Positions 18,316 to 28,743 of a DNA stretch of 53,627 bases are shown one piece after another. Origin of the DNA: Phototrophicaceae bacterium (GTDB taxonomy: Bacteria > Chloroflexota > Anaerolineae > Aggregatilineales > Phototrophicaceae); NCBI GenBank assembly GCA_035545875.1, contig DASZXN010000443.1, positions 1 through 53,627 on the forward strand. The letters run 5' to 3'. The position numbers were made by a program, and so were the translations under genes. A model generated the notes under the pieces. That model was not told where the DNA came from, made no database searches, and saw only the letters and a program-made list of their open reading frames with translations. Position 1 is the stretch's first letter. Each line of letters opens with the position of its first letter.

Positions 18316-19464
18316 TTAGGTTAGGAACATCGGCATTCCCAGGACGTGGCGGACGCGCGGGCGATAGCAATCGCTGTCATAGAGTTCAGGCACATTGACG
18401 CGCTTCTTGCCCTGCACCAGCGTCGAGATCGGTACGTCGCTGTAGATGCCGCGCTGCAAGCACACCAACCGCCCCGATTCGCCGTGCTCGATCAGGCTCA
18501 TTGCCACGTGCGCGAAGTTGGCGGCGACCATCAAATCGAGCGAGTCAGGAGCGCCGCTGCGCATGAGATAGGCAAGCTGCTGGTAGATGATATTCTGTCC
18601 GGTAATCTGTTTCAGGGTATCGCCAACGTACTGACCAATCCCGCCGAGCTTGCGGTGACCAAAGGCATCGGCTTGACCGCCTTCAACGATCTCGCCTTCG
18701 ATGGGATGAGCGCCCTCCGAGACGGTCAGCATGGCGTAGTTGCTCGGATTAGCCTGCTTGTCTTCCATGATCAGCCTGGCGAGCTTGTGGCTATCGAATG
18801 GCACCTCCGAGATGAGCGCGCGGTCAACGCCGGCCAGATAAGCCGCGATCAACGACGTTTCGCCGGAATTGCGGCCAAACAATTCGATCACGGCAATCCG
18901 TTCGTGCGAGCCTGCCGAGGTTCGCAGCGCGTGAATGAATTCCACGCTGCGCGTGACCGCCGTCGAGAAGCCGATGCAGTAATCGGTGCCGTAAACGTCG
19001 TTATCCATCGTTTTGGGAATACCAATGACGCGTATGCCTTCGCGGGCGAGCCGTTCGCCATAACCCAGAGTGTCATCACCGCCAATCGGGATCAGGCAGT
19101 CGATTCCCAGCTTTTCGATTACTTTAACGACGTGCGTGGTCAAGTCTTGCGGTTTGTCGTACGGTTTCCCCGCTTCACACAAAAACTCAGGAATCTCGCT
19201 GGGCTTGACGCTGGCCGGATTGGTGCGTGAGGTATGTAGAAATGTGCCGCCAGTGCGGTCGACGCGGCGTACAGCTTCTTTGTCCAACGGCATGGCCCAT
19301 TTCTGATTGTCCATGTCGTCGGGATCGATCTGTACCAGTCCCATCCAGCCTCGGCGGATTCCGAGGACTTCGTACCCGTTGGTTGTTGCCCGGTTGACAA
19401 TCGCTTTGATAGCGGAGTTCAGCCCCGGAACGTCTCCACCCCCTGTCAAAACTGCAATACGCAT
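18316..19464 (-). CDS. 6-phosphofructokinase, group III-like, with PPi-dependent signature
   Basis: [23 protein letters not shown] plus PKTMDND (Asp/Lys signature of PPi-PFK); ATG at 19464. Confidence 0.9.
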   Translation of the reverse strand: MRIAVLTGGGDVPGLNSAIKAIVNRATTNGYEVLGIRRGWMGLVQIDPDDMDNQKWAMPLDKEAVRRVDRTGGTFLHTSRTNPASVKPSEIPEFLCEAGKPYDKPQDLTTHVVKVIEKLGIDCLIPIGGDDTLGYGERLAREGIRVIGIPKTMDNDVYGTDYCIGFSTAVTRSVEFIHALRTSAGSHERIAVIELFGRNSGETSLIAAYLAGVDRALISEVPFDSHKLARLIMEDKQANPSNYAMLTVSEGAHPIEGEIVEGGQADAFGHRKLGGIGQYVGDTLKQITGQNIIYQQLAYLMRSGAPDSLDLMVAANFAHVAMSLIEHGESGRLVCLQRGIYSDVPISTLVQGKKRVNVPELYDSDCYRPRVRHVLGMPMFLT

Positions 19465-19551
19465 GATGTCGCTAATCCTTAAGCATATAAGTATTAACCT
19501 TTTAATTATTTTACCTCCCGAACCAGATGACAGAACGATACCGGATTTAGA

Positions 19552-19569
19552 TTGTGAGGAAATACACAT
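19552..19569. promoter_or_regulatory. Rex/CRP-like box in the pfk-fbaB divergent promoter
   Basis: TTGTGA-GGAAAT-ACACAT versus TTGTGA-N6-TCACAA. Confidence 0.45.
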
Positions 19570-19576
19570 CGTAACC

Positions 19577-19590
19577 GTGACATTTGTCAT
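19577..19590. promoter_or_regulatory. NarL/DosR-type GAC-N4-GTC palindrome
   Basis: GTGACATTTGTCAT. Confidence 0.4.
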
Positions 19591-19674
19591 TGGTTTATGG
19601 ATAGGGAAAGTGCTAGACCAAACGTAGTGACATAATGTTCGTAGCACGGTTATATATTTCTTAAGGAAAATACG

Positions 19675-20772
19675 ATGGCCTTAAATGTAGCTCCAACCAC
19701 CTCTGAGATAGACGCGATTGTCGAACTGCTCGGCAGCGAAGCCGAGTCGCTCCTGACTCATACCTGCAAGACGATCAGCAAGGAGCGCCTCTACATTCCC
19801 GGCCCAGACTGCGTTGGTGAGGTCTGGGGACAGTCGGATCGGTCACCGCAAGTCCTGAAGAGTCTGGAGCAGTTACACACGCACGGACGGCTTTCAGGAA
19901 CGGGTTACGTCTCCATCCTGCCGATTGATCAGGGGATCGAGCATTCAGGCGGCGCTTCGTTTGCCAAGAACCCGGATTACTTTGACCCCGGCAGGATTGT
20001 CGAACTGGCGATGGAGGGCGGCTGCAACGCCGTCGCCTCGACGTTTGGCGTGCTCGGCGCAGTCGCGCGCAAGTATGCCCACAAAATCCCGTTCATCGTC
20101 AAGATCAATCACAACGAACTGCTGACCTACCCGAACAAGTATGATCAGGTGCTGTTCGGCACGGTCAAAGAAGCCTGGAATCTCGGCGCAACCGCCGTCG
20201 GCGCGACGGTCTATTTCGGTTCCCCGGAAAGTACCCGCCAGATCGTTGAAGTTTCCGCAGCCTTTGTTGCTGCTCACGAGCTGGGTATGGCGACAGTGCT
20301 CTGGTGCTATCTGCGCAATCCGGGCTTCAAGGTCAACGGCGTGAACCATGAAACCTCTGCCGACCTGACCGGTCAGGCCAACCATCTCGGCGTGACGATT
20401 GAGGCCGACATCGTGAAACAGAAGCAACCGGAGTCCAACGGCGGTTACAAGGCGTTGAACACGCCCGGAAGCACATACGGCAAGTTTGATGAGCGCATGT
20501 ACACCCAGTTGACCTCGGATCACCCCATTGATCTCACCCGCTATCAGGTCGCGAATAACTATATGGGGCGCGTCGGGCTGATCAATTCTGGCGGAGCCAG
20601 CGGTAAGAACGACCTCGCCGAAGCCGTGCGGACAGCCGTGATCAACAAGCGCGCGGGTGGTATGGGGCTAATCAGCGGTCGCAAGGCTTTCCAACGTCCA
20701 ATGGCTGACGGCGTAGCGCTGCTCCACGCCATTCAAGACGTTTACCTGTGTACCGAAGTCACGATTGCGTAG
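19675..20772 (+). CDS. fbaB: Class I fructose-bisphosphate aldolase (DhnA/FbaB type)
   Basis: [27 protein letters not shown] (Schiff-base Lys), [10 protein letters not shown]. Confidence 0.96.
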   Translation: MALNVAPTTSEIDAIVELLGSEAESLLTHTCKTISKERLYIPGPDCVGEVWGQSDRSPQVLKSLEQLHTHGRLSGTGYVSILPIDQGIEHSGGASFAKNPDYFDPGRIVELAMEGGCNAVASTFGVLGAVARKYAHKIPFIVKINHNELLTYPNKYDQVLFGTVKEAWNLGATAVGATVYFGSPESTRQIVEVSAAFVAAHELGMATVLWCYLRNPGFKVNGVNHETSADLTGQANHLGVTIEADIVKQKQPESNGGYKALNTPGSTYGKFDERMYTQLTSDHPIDLTRYQVANNYMGRVGLINSGGASGKNDLAEAVRTAVINKRAGGMGLISGRKAFQRPMADGVALLHAIQDVYLCTEVTIA

Positions 20773-20929
20773 CATCGCTGACAGATAGCACCTGAGTCGC
20801 TCAAGGCCGCCATCCTGTTTCGGGCAAGGATAACTGCCCATCCCCCATTCGAAAGGAGGCATATTTGCGACCAATCCGCTTTGAATTTGCTGCATTTTTG
20901 CTGATATCCCATCTCATTTTGGAGGCAAC

Positions 20930-21925
20930 ATGTCCAAGAAATTGATGATTCTTGCCTGTATGCTGCTGGTCTTGCTGGCAATCGTACCGCTCTCGGCTGC
21001 CGCGCAACCTCAGGCAACCCCGAAGATCAAGATCGGCTTTGTCGCCGGTATCGTCGATCCTTTTTATCAGGTGATGGAAGTTGGCATCAACCAAGCGGTG
21101 GCGGACTTCGGCCTAAGCGTGGTGTCCCAATACCCGCCTGCTCCCTGGGGGCCAAACAGCCAGACGCCGATTCTCAATGCGATGATCGCGCGCGGCGACC
21201 TCGATTACCTGATTATCGCGCCAACCGATAAAGACCAGATGGTCGCGCCGCTGCAAGCTGCGGCTGACGCGGGTATCAAGGTCATTACGGTTGATACGTT
21301 CCTGGGCGACGGCGATTACGTGAACGGCCCGGTGAAATTCCCGCTGTCCTACATCGGCTCGGATAACGTCGAAGGTGGCCGCATCGCTGCCGAGGCGTTG
21401 GCGCAGACACTCGGTGAGAAGGGCAAAGTCTACGTTCAGAACACGACTGTCGGCACGAGCACAACCGAGCAGCGCGGTCAGGGCTTCAAGGAAGGCATCG
21501 CCGAATATCCGAACATGCAGCTCGTCGGTATGGACTACAACCTTGACGACGCGAATACGTCTGCCGCGCAAACCGCAGCCGTGCTCCAGCGTGTTCCCGA
21601 TCTGGGCGGCATCTTTGGCGTGAACGTGTTCAGCGCGACCGGCGCGAGCAACGCCGTCATTAACGCGGGTTTGGGCGGACAGGTGCAGGTCGTCGCGTTT
21701 GACGCGACGCAGGATGCCATCGAGAAACTGCGTCAGGGCGCGATTTCGATGGTCATCGCCCAGAAACCGTACGATATGGGTTACATGGCCGTTGAATTCG
21801 CGATGGCGGATGCCGCAGGCGTCACGAGCCTGCCTCGGCGTGTGCCAACTGGCTATCAGGTCATCACGGCCAAGAACGTGGATGACCCGGCGGTTGCCCG
21901 CTTCATTTACCAGCTACCGGAGTAA
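20930..21925 (+). CDS. Sugar ABC transporter substrate-binding protein (RbsB-like)
   Basis: Signal peptide; DPFY, VITVD, IGSDN, VVAFD and Q.PY.MG periplasmic-binding type I motifs. Confidence 0.92.
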   Translation: MSKKLMILACMLLVLLAIVPLSAAAQPQATPKIKIGFVAGIVDPFYQVMEVGINQAVADFGLSVVSQYPPAPWGPNSQTPILNAMIARGDLDYLIIAPTDKDQMVAPLQAAADAGIKVITVDTFLGDGDYVNGPVKFPLSYIGSDNVEGGRIAAEALAQTLGEKGKVYVQNTTVGTSTTEQRGQGFKEGIAEYPNMQLVGMDYNLDDANTSAAQTAAVLQRVPDLGGIFGVNVFSATGASNAVINAGLGGQVQVVAFDATQDAIEKLRQGAISMVIAQKPYDMGYMAVEFAMADAAGVTSLPRRVPTGYQVITAKNVDDPAVARFIYQLPE

Positions 21926-21940
21926 TTTACGGCGTTTTCG

Positions 21941-21965
21941 TGGGGACGGCTGCGCGCCGTCCCCA
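21941..21965 (+). terminator. Intergenic stem-loop after the binding-protein gene (mRNA-stabilising or attenuating)
   Basis: TGGGGACGGC-TGCGC-GCCGTCCCCA. Confidence 0.55.
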
Positions 21966-21992
21966 ATCAAAAAATCCCCTTAGGAGTCAAAA

Positions 21993-23123
21993 ATGGCGCT
22001 CGAAAAGCGCGTCGAAAGCCCGCAAAAAAGTGGAGAGATCGCGCAATCGCTTGGGATGAGACAGGCGATTTTGCTCTTGAGCCGTGTCTGGGCGTGGCTT
22101 TTCCTGCTTGCGTTAATTCTGGTATTTACGATTACAACCAAAATTTACCAGCAGGTTGATTTTCTGACCGTTCGCAATTCGCAGAATATTCTGGTCGAGA
22201 TCGTACCCGTTCTGCTGATGGGGCTGGGACAAACCTTTGTCATTATCGCGGGCGGCATTGATCTCTCGGTGGGTTGGGTGATGGGCATGGCGTCCGTCGT
22301 GTCCGCGAGCGTGATTGTCATCCTGCTTCCAACGGGAATCGGTGAGGGACTCTCGATCCTGCTCGGTTTTGGCGCTGGTCTGGTGAGCGCCATGATCCCC
22401 GGTTTCGTCAATGGCCTCATCATCGCGAAGCTGCGCATACCTTCATTCATTGTCACGCTGGGCATGTCCTTTATCGCGCGCGGGATTGCCTATCTGATCT
22501 CTGGCGGCAACGTTGTGATCGGAATGCCGCCGGGGGTGCGGAATTTCGGTAACGAGTCGATGATTTATCTGCTCAATGGGAATATCTACTTTTTCCAGCA
22601 TCCAGATGCAACCGGGATTGCTTTACGCTCACTTGACCGCGTTTTCACCTACCCGGTCGTTGTGGCGGCGCTTGTCGTCGGCGTGGCGGTATTCGTACTG
22701 CGCCGAACGCGCTTTGGACGCCATACCTATGCCATTGGCGGCAACGCCGAGGCTGCCTCTCGCGCCGGAATCCGGGTTGACCGTCATATGATCATTCTTT
22801 ATACGCTCTCCGGGCTGACCGTCGGACTGGCAGGTATCCTGCATACCGCGCGCTTCAATGGAGGCTCCCCAATTGCCGGTGATCCGCTGCTGCTTTCGTC
22901 GATTGCCGCCGTCATTATTGGCGGCGTGAGCATGTTCGGCGGTCACGGCAATATCGTGGGAACCGTGATCGGCGCATTGATTATCGCCCTGCTCACAACC
23001 GGACTGGTGATGCTCAACGTCCAACCGTTCTGGCAGTACGTGGTGGTCGGCGTGGTCGTCATTCTCGCCGTGCTCATCGATCAGGGGCGCGACCTTATCA
23101 TTGGCCGAATGAAATCGGAGTGA
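21993..23123 (+). CDS. Sugar ABC transporter permease (RbsC-like)
   Basis: GGIDLSVG, FIVTLG, YAIGGNAEAA, IAAVIIGG motifs. Confidence 0.93.
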   Translation: MALEKRVESPQKSGEIAQSLGMRQAILLLSRVWAWLFLLALILVFTITTKIYQQVDFLTVRNSQNILVEIVPVLLMGLGQTFVIIAGGIDLSVGWVMGMASVVSASVIVILLPTGIGEGLSILLGFGAGLVSAMIPGFVNGLIIAKLRIPSFIVTLGMSFIARGIAYLISGGNVVIGMPPGVRNFGNESMIYLLNGNIYFFQHPDATGIALRSLDRVFTYPVVVAALVVGVAVFVLRRTRFGRHTYAIGGNAEAASRAGIRVDRHMIILYTLSGLTVGLAGILHTARFNGGSPIAGDPLLLSSIAAVIIGGVSMFGGHGNIVGTVIGALIIALLTTGLVMLNVQPFWQYVVVGVVVILAVLIDQGRDLIIGRMKSE

Positions 23124-23131
23124 GGAATCGG

Positions 23132-23893
23132 ATGGAACTACTGCTGAGTGTCCGAGGATTAGTCAAGAAATTCGGCGGCCTCGTGGCCGTAAATCAGGTT
23201 GACCTTGACGTGTATCCTGGTGAAGTCGTCGGCCTCGTCGGTGACAACGCAGCCGGAAAATCAACCCTGATCAAGTGCATTTCCGGTGTATACCAGGCAG
23301 ATGAAGGCGAAATTATCTTCGAGGGCAAACCTGTCCATTTTTCACTGCCGATTGAAGCCCGCGATGCGGGGATCGAAACCATATATCAGGATTTAGCGCT
23401 GGCGGGAAACCTGAACGTGAGCGCGAACATCTTTATGGGGCGCGAAGTCGAGAAACGCTATCTCGGCGGTCTCGTCAGGGTACTGGATGAGAAATACATG
23501 CTGCATGAGTCGGAAAACGTCCTGAGTACGCTTGATATCCACTTTCCGAGCCTGATCGAGGAAATTGATAAGCTCTCCGGTGGACAGCGCCAGGCGGTCG
23601 CCATCGCCCGCGCGATGTACTGGCAGGCCAAGCTGATGATTATGGACGAGCCGACCAATAATCTGGGCGTCATCGAACAGCGCAAGGTCATCGAAATTAT
23701 CCGGCGTCTGCGTACTCAGGGCGTGCCCGTCATCCTGATCAGCCATACCCTGCCGGACGTGTTTGCGGTGACCGACCGGATCGTGGTGCTGCATCGCGGG
23801 CATAAAGTCACCGAGAAGAAAACATCTGAGACCGACAGCCAGGAAATTGTTCAGTATATGGTCGGCGCTCTCGACGACACGCGTGTCGCCTGA
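23132..23893 (+). CDS. Monosaccharide ABC transporter ATP-binding protein (single domain)
   Basis: GDNAAGKST, YQDLAL, LSGGQRQ, MDEPT motifs. Confidence 0.93.
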   Translation: MELLLSVRGLVKKFGGLVAVNQVDLDVYPGEVVGLVGDNAAGKSTLIKCISGVYQADEGEIIFEGKPVHFSLPIEARDAGIETIYQDLALAGNLNVSANIFMGREVEKRYLGGLVRVLDEKYMLHESENVLSTLDIHFPSLIEEIDKLSGGQRQAVAIARAMYWQAKLMIMDEPTNNLGVIEQRKVIEIIRRLRTQGVPVILISHTLPDVFAVTDRIVVLHRGHKVTEKKTSETDSQEIVQYMVGALDDTRVA

Positions 23894-24146
23894 CACCAGA
23901 TACCGAGACACGCGGCTTTGCAGAAGACATCGAGAAGACGAGACACGCACTCGATTACTTATGAGTTTCTGCTCGATACCTCTTGCACCACCTTACGGAA
24001 ACCTCGCTGACCTGTGGATGGCCTGCCTCAGCAATACCTCAGATTTCTCCCGCAGCAATCAGTACCAAAACTCACTCGGAAAGGATGCTGTTCGACACTT
24101 GATCACTTCGTGGCGAAAGCTTACGTTATAAGCAAGGAGGGTTGTG

Positions 24147-24668
24147 ATGTTCAACGTAATGGTCTTAATCGGAATACTCTTTTGTGGAATCCAGACCGTT
24201 CGCTCGGCGCGACCAATCAATGCAGCGTTATGGCTGGCGGGGGTAAGTGCGCTGGCAGCGATCCTCTTATACGGCCTGGGTGCTTACCAACTTGCCGTGA
24301 TCGAACTCAGTGTCGGCGCAGGTCTGGTGACAGTGCTGTTCGTCTTTGCGATCAGTCTGGCAGGTGATGAGCCACAGCCCGAACAAGGGGGCGTTTCGTG
24401 GCTGCTCGGCACGGCACTCGCGTTGGCTTGCTCGCTCTTGCTCATCCTGTTCACCCTGCCATTGATCGGTATCAGCAATCCATCGGGCGATCCCTCATTC
24501 ACGGAGACCGTTTGGCATGAACGCAGCCTCGACATGCTGGTACAGATCGTGCTGCTCTTTACCTGTGCGCTGTCGGTTGTCGGCCTGCTCGCGCAGCGCC
24601 ACGAAAAACCAAAACCGGTGCTAACGCCTGCCCTGAGCATCGAAGAGAAACAGGAGCAGACCTCGTGA
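24147..24668 (+). CDS. Group 4 hydrogenase membrane subunit, NuoJ-equivalent (MbhD/E-like)
   Basis: Hydrophobic; LAVIELSVGAG and RSLDMLVQ motifs; AAGGAGG RBS. Confidence 0.78.
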   Translation: MFNVMVLIGILFCGIQTVRSARPINAALWLAGVSALAAILLYGLGAYQLAVIELSVGAGLVTVLFVFAISLAGDEPQPEQGGVSWLLGTALALACSLLLILFTLPLIGISNPSGDPSFTETVWHERSLDMLVQIVLLFTCALSVVGLLAQRHEKPKPVLTPALSIEEKQEQTS

Positions 24669-24970
24669 TGAATCAAGCGGTCGCGCTGGTTGGCGTGATC
24701 GGTCTGCTCGCAATTGGATTATATGGGTTAATGACCGCGCGTAACCTGCTCAAAGTGATCATCGCGCTTCAATTGACCTCCAAAGCAGCGCTGATCCTGC
24801 TCCTGCTGGCCGGTCTTGCCAGCGGTCATCCGAATTTGGGTCAGAGCATCGCTCTTAGTGCAATCGTCGTCGATACAGTTACGGCAGTCATCGCGTTGGC
24901 ATTGGCTGTCAAAGTGCGGCAGCGCTGTGGGACGCTGGACGTGCGCGCGCTGTCTACCTTGAGGAGATAA
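24668..24970 (+). CDS. NuoK/MrpC-like membrane subunit
   Basis: GLYGLMTARNLLKVIIAL; three TM segments; TLDVRALSTLR C-terminus. Confidence 0.88.
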   Translation: MNQAVALVGVIGLLAIGLYGLMTARNLLKVIIALQLTSKAALILLLLAGLASGHPNLGQSIALSAIVVDTVTAVIALALAVKVRQRCGTLDVRALSTLRR

Positions 24971-24992
24971 TCGCAGAGACAAGGCGGGTTCA

Positions 24993-26846
24993 ATGATTGC
25001 CCTCGCTATGCTCTTTCCCATTCTGGGCATCGCGCTGAATCTAACCTTCGCTAGAGACTGGCAAGCGCCAGTTCAGGGGATTATCGCCAGCGGAGCGGCA
25101 GGTTTGTCGTTCGCTATCGCCCTGCTCCAGTTCACGGCAATGCTGGCAAACCCCCAGCCCATCACGCTGCCACTGGCCGAATGGATTCAGGTTGGCGGCT
25201 TCGCAGTCGGCTGGACGCTGTACGTTGATACGCTGTCGATGACCATGATCCTGCTTGTGACGGGAATCGGCACGCTCATCCACGTCTACGCGATTGGCTA
25301 CATGCGCGACGATCCACGTTTTACGCGCTTCTTCATCTACCTCAATCTGTTTCTGGCCGCCATGCTCGTTCTGGTCACTGCCAACAACTACCTGATGTTG
25401 TTCGCGGGCTGGGAGGGTGTCGGCCTGTGCTCCTTCCTGCTGATCGGCTTCTGGTTTGATAAAGCGGGCGAGGGTACACAAATCAGCAGCGCCGCGCGCA
25501 AAGCCTTCATCGTCAACCGAATTGGCGACGCTGGCCTGCTGATTGCTTTGCTGCTGCTGGCGACCCGCTTTGGCACGCTGGACTTCACGCCGATCTTTGC
25601 CACAGCGCGCAGCGCGTTTGCCCTCGGCGCTCCGAGCGTCACGGCGATTACACTCCTGCTCTTTGTTGGGGTAACGGGAAAGAGCGCGCAAATTCCGCTT
25701 TACGTCTGGCTGCCGGATGCGATGGTTGGCCCAACACCCGTTTCCGCGCTGATCCATGCCGCGACGATGGTGACGGCAGGCATTTACTTGATCGTCCGCT
25801 CGCACGTGTTGTTCGACCTCGCGCCGTTCACCCAAACCCTGATTATTCTCACGGGCACAGCAACGGCGCTGCTGGCATCCAGTATTGCGGTCAGCCAGTT
25901 TGACATCAAGCGCGTGCTGGCCTATTCAACGATCAGTCAGTTGGGCTTGATGATCGCGGCGGTTGGCCTGGGCGCGTATGCGGCAGGCATGTTCCATTTG
26001 ATCACCCACGCTTTCTTTAAAGCCTTGCTGTTCCTCGCCGCTGGATCAATTCTGCACGCGCTGGGTACTCAGGATGCGCGCGCGCTGGGCGGACTGCGGC
26101 GAATGCCGATCACCTGTGCGACTTATCTGATCGGCGCGCTGGCGCTGGCTGGCTTGCCGCCGTTCTCAGGTTTTTTCTCGAAAGACGAAATCCTCGCTGC
26201 CGCTTACGAGCGCAGCCTCATCCTGTATCTTGCGCTGGCGGCGGCAGGATTGCTGACGGCCTTTTACATCGCGCGCCAGTTCATGCTGATCTTCGCAGGC
26301 GCGCCGCGCAGCGCTGCCGCTCAACAGGCTCACGAGAGCCACCCGCTGCTGACGTATCCGCTCATGGTGCTGGCGCTGCTGGCAGCGGTCGGCGGGCTGC
26401 TTAATCTTCCCGGTTCCGCGTGGTTCGCCCGCTGGCTCGCCGCCAGCACCGGAGAAGTCGTCTCCGCTTCCTTCAATCTTCCGCTTGCGGCACTCTCTTC
26501 GTTGATCGCCCTGAGCGGGATCGTGCTGGCCTACGCACTCTACCACCACGACCACGCCGATGAGCCGCTGGCAGGAAAACTGTTTACGGCATCCAGCGAG
26601 GGATGGCGGATCAATGACCTGTATAACGTCATGATTATCAATCCCTTCAACTGGCTGACCCACAAAATCGCTGCGGCGGACAACGCGGTCTTTTACGGAC
26701 TTGACAATATCGCCGTCGCGTTGGCGAACCGGGCTTCGAACGAAGTACGCAAGCTACAGACCGGACAGCTCAACTGGAATATCGCCTGGATTATCGCTGG
26801 ACTAATCGTCGTTATGCTGCTGGTGATCGTTGGGAGGGCAGCATGA
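24993..26846 (+). CDS. nuoL: NuoL-like antiporter subunit, full length
   Basis: GWEGVGLCSFLLIGFW, GKSAQIPL.VWLPDAM.GPTPVSALIHAATMV, HAFFKALLF, GFFSKDEI, LQTG. Confidence 0.9.
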   Translation: MIALAMLFPILGIALNLTFARDWQAPVQGIIASGAAGLSFAIALLQFTAMLANPQPITLPLAEWIQVGGFAVGWTLYVDTLSMTMILLVTGIGTLIHVYAIGYMRDDPRFTRFFIYLNLFLAAMLVLVTANNYLMLFAGWEGVGLCSFLLIGFWFDKAGEGTQISSAARKAFIVNRIGDAGLLIALLLLATRFGTLDFTPIFATARSAFALGAPSVTAITLLLFVGVTGKSAQIPLYVWLPDAMVGPTPVSALIHAATMVTAGIYLIVRSHVLFDLAPFTQTLIILTGTATALLASSIAVSQFDIKRVLAYSTISQLGLMIAAVGLGAYAAGMFHLITHAFFKALLFLAAGSILHALGTQDARALGGLRRMPITCATYLIGALALAGLPPFSGFFSKDEILAAAYERSLILYLALAAAGLLTAFYIARQFMLIFAGAPRSAAAQQAHESHPLLTYPLMVLALLAAVGGLLNLPGSAWFARWLAASTGEVVSASFNLPLAALSSLIALSGIVLAYALYHHDHADEPLAGKLFTASSEGWRINDLYNVMIINPFNWLTHKIAAADNAVFYGLDNIAVALANRASNEVRKLQTGQLNWNIAWIIAGLIVVMLLVIVGRAA

Positions 26847-28264
26847 GCTTGCTGCTGGCTTCGCCTCTGCTCATGAGCATGATCGTTTACTTTGCCGGAC
26901 GGCTGCTTCGCACGGGGACAGCGAGAGCGCTAACGCTGGCGACACTGACGGTCGAGTGGGTGTGGTTCGCCCTGATGCTCAGGGACATACTCGCTGACAC
27001 CATTCAGATCAATAGCGTGGTACTCCGCGCCGACGGGTTAGGTGTGCTGTTCATCGCGCTGACGTTGGCGCTGTCTCTGATCGTAGCGATTTACGCTGCG
27101 CGCGACACGCAGGAGCAAACCGGCGCAGGCCAGTATTATGCGCTGCTGCTGATCCTCACCGGAGCGCTGATTGGCATGGCATGTACGACTGACCTGTTCA
27201 ATCTGTGGCTGTGGTTTGAACTCATGGTGACCTCGACCTATTTTCTGGTCGCTTTCCGGCGCAATGACCCGGCAGCGCTCGAAGCAGCGATTAAATATCT
27301 GGTGCAAAGCGCGCTCGGCTCAACGCTCATCCTGTTCGGGATCGGCCTGCTGCTGGCACAGTCAGGCACGTTAGCGCTGAACCAGCCGATGACTGGCGCT
27401 ATGCCGGCTATCGCCGGAGTGCTGCTGATCGTCGGCTTCGGCGTGAAGCTGGCAATTGTCCCCCTGCATACCTGGCTCCCGGACACGTACTCGCAAGCGC
27501 CGGACGGAATCAGCGCGCTGCTGGCGAGTGTCGTCACCGAGGCCGGGCTGATCCCGCTGCTGCGGGTTCTCGTGCCGCTGCCCTCGTTCGCCGGACTGCT
27601 GCTGCTTTTCGGCATCGTCAATATGACCGTCGGCAACCTGCTCGCGTTGCGTCAGCGTGATCTCAAACGCCTGCTCGCCTGTTCGAGCCTACCGCAGATT
27701 GGCTACGTGCTGTTTGGTATTGGCATCGGGCTGCTTACCGGAACGCCGGATGGGATTCGCAGCGGCCTATTCCAACTGCTGAATCACGGTCTGATGAAAG
27801 GGCTGGCTTTTCTCGCCGCCGGCGCGCTCATGGATGCGATGCACCGTCAGAGCGGCATTGATCGCCCATTGAGAGTCGATGACCTGAACGGCGCGGCGCG
27901 GCGTGTCCCGCTGGCAGCGCTCGCGCTGATCTTGGCGCTGCTCAGTTTAGCAGGAGTTCCGCCGCTGGCAGGATTTATGTCCAAATGGCAGATTTTCGCC
28001 GCCGGGATGTCGGCTGGGTCAACCCTGATCACACTCCTGACAATCGTCGCCGCCATCAACGCGCTCTTTGCGCTGGCGTATTATCTGCCTGTGATCAACG
28101 CGCTCTTTCGTTCCGGCGCCGGGGACAAGGTGCAGTTGTCGCTCACGGCTCAAATTCCACTCCTGGCGCTTTCAGCTTCCCTGATCTTTGTTGGCCTCGT
28201 GCCTGACGCCTTGACCTGGCTCACGCAGCCTGCGAGCCTGGCCCTGCTGCACTCGCTCGGTTAG
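26843..28264 (+). CDS. NuoM/N-MrpD-like proton-conducting antiporter subunit
   Basis: DLFNLWLWFE, EAAIKY, KLAIVPLHTWLPD, NHGLMKG, GVPPLAGFMSK. Confidence 0.9.
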   Translation: MSLLLASPLLMSMIVYFAGRLLRTGTARALTLATLTVEWVWFALMLRDILADTIQINSVVLRADGLGVLFIALTLALSLIVAIYAARDTQEQTGAGQYYALLLILTGALIGMACTTDLFNLWLWFELMVTSTYFLVAFRRNDPAALEAAIKYLVQSALGSTLILFGIGLLLAQSGTLALNQPMTGAMPAIAGVLLIVGFGVKLAIVPLHTWLPDTYSQAPDGISALLASVVTEAGLIPLLRVLVPLPSFAGLLLLFGIVNMTVGNLLALRQRDLKRLLACSSLPQIGYVLFGIGIGLLTGTPDGIRSGLFQLLNHGLMKGLAFLAAGALMDAMHRQSGIDRPLRVDDLNGAARRVPLAALALILALLSLAGVPPLAGFMSKWQIFAAGMSAGSTLITLLTIVAAINALFALAYYLPVINALFRSGAGDKVQLSLTAQIPLLALSASLIFVGLVPDALTWLTQPASLALLHSLG

Positions 28265-28278
28265 AAAGGCTATACACA

Positions 28279-28737
28279 ATGACGACCATAAAAGAGAACC
28301 TGAATGAACGAATCCTGAGTCACTTAAACCAAACGGTGTCCGAAGCGGTGACCTTCTTTGCAAACGCGGACGAGACCCTGTTCGATGAGCACCATTCCGC
28401 TCATGATGTGCTGGCGCAGCTCGTTTTCTGGCACGAACAGTACGTGGCGGTCGCTCAGGCCATTGTAGATCGGCGTATTCCCGAACTTAAAGCGGGGGTA
28501 TTTGACCAACTGAACCGGACGGCAAGCAGCGGCTTTAGCAGCGATTCGATGACCATGCTGGCCTACGATCTTGCCTGCTTGCAGCGCGAGTTCGTCTCGC
28601 TTTTGCACCAAATCCCGGACTGGACAATTAATTTCCCAATCAAAGCAGACAGCACGCCATGCAGTCTAAATCAACGACTGCTCGAAATCGACGCGCATAT
28701 TCGTCAACACGTTTTGCGGCTGAAACGATGCCGATAG
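28279..28737 (+). CDS. DinB-like four-helix-bundle protein within the hydrogenase operon
   Basis: SAHDVLAQLVFWHE and C-terminal HIRQH motifs. Confidence 0.65.
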   Translation: MTTIKENLNERILSHLNQTVSEAVTFFANADETLFDEHHSAHDVLAQLVFWHEQYVAVAQAIVDRRIPELKAGVFDQLNRTASSGFSSDSMTMLAYDLACLQREFVSLLHQIPDWTINFPIKADSTPCSLNQRLLEIDAHIRQHVLRLKRCR

Positions 28738-28743
28738 GAGCGC

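Noticed and set aside
18346-19230. 294-aa plus-strand ORF and similar long shadow ORFs (e.g. 25041..25835, 36249..37139)
   Set aside because: Antisense to well-supported genes; no independent motifs
19465-19647. N-terminal 61-aa extension of the PPi-type PFK
   Set aside because: Covers the AT-rich divergent promoter; homology starts at [11 protein letters not shown]
20835-20870. CCATTCGAAAG resembling the c-di-GMP-I riboswitch P2 loop
   Set aside because: The flanking GGCAAAC/GACGCAAAG elements and P3 stem are absent
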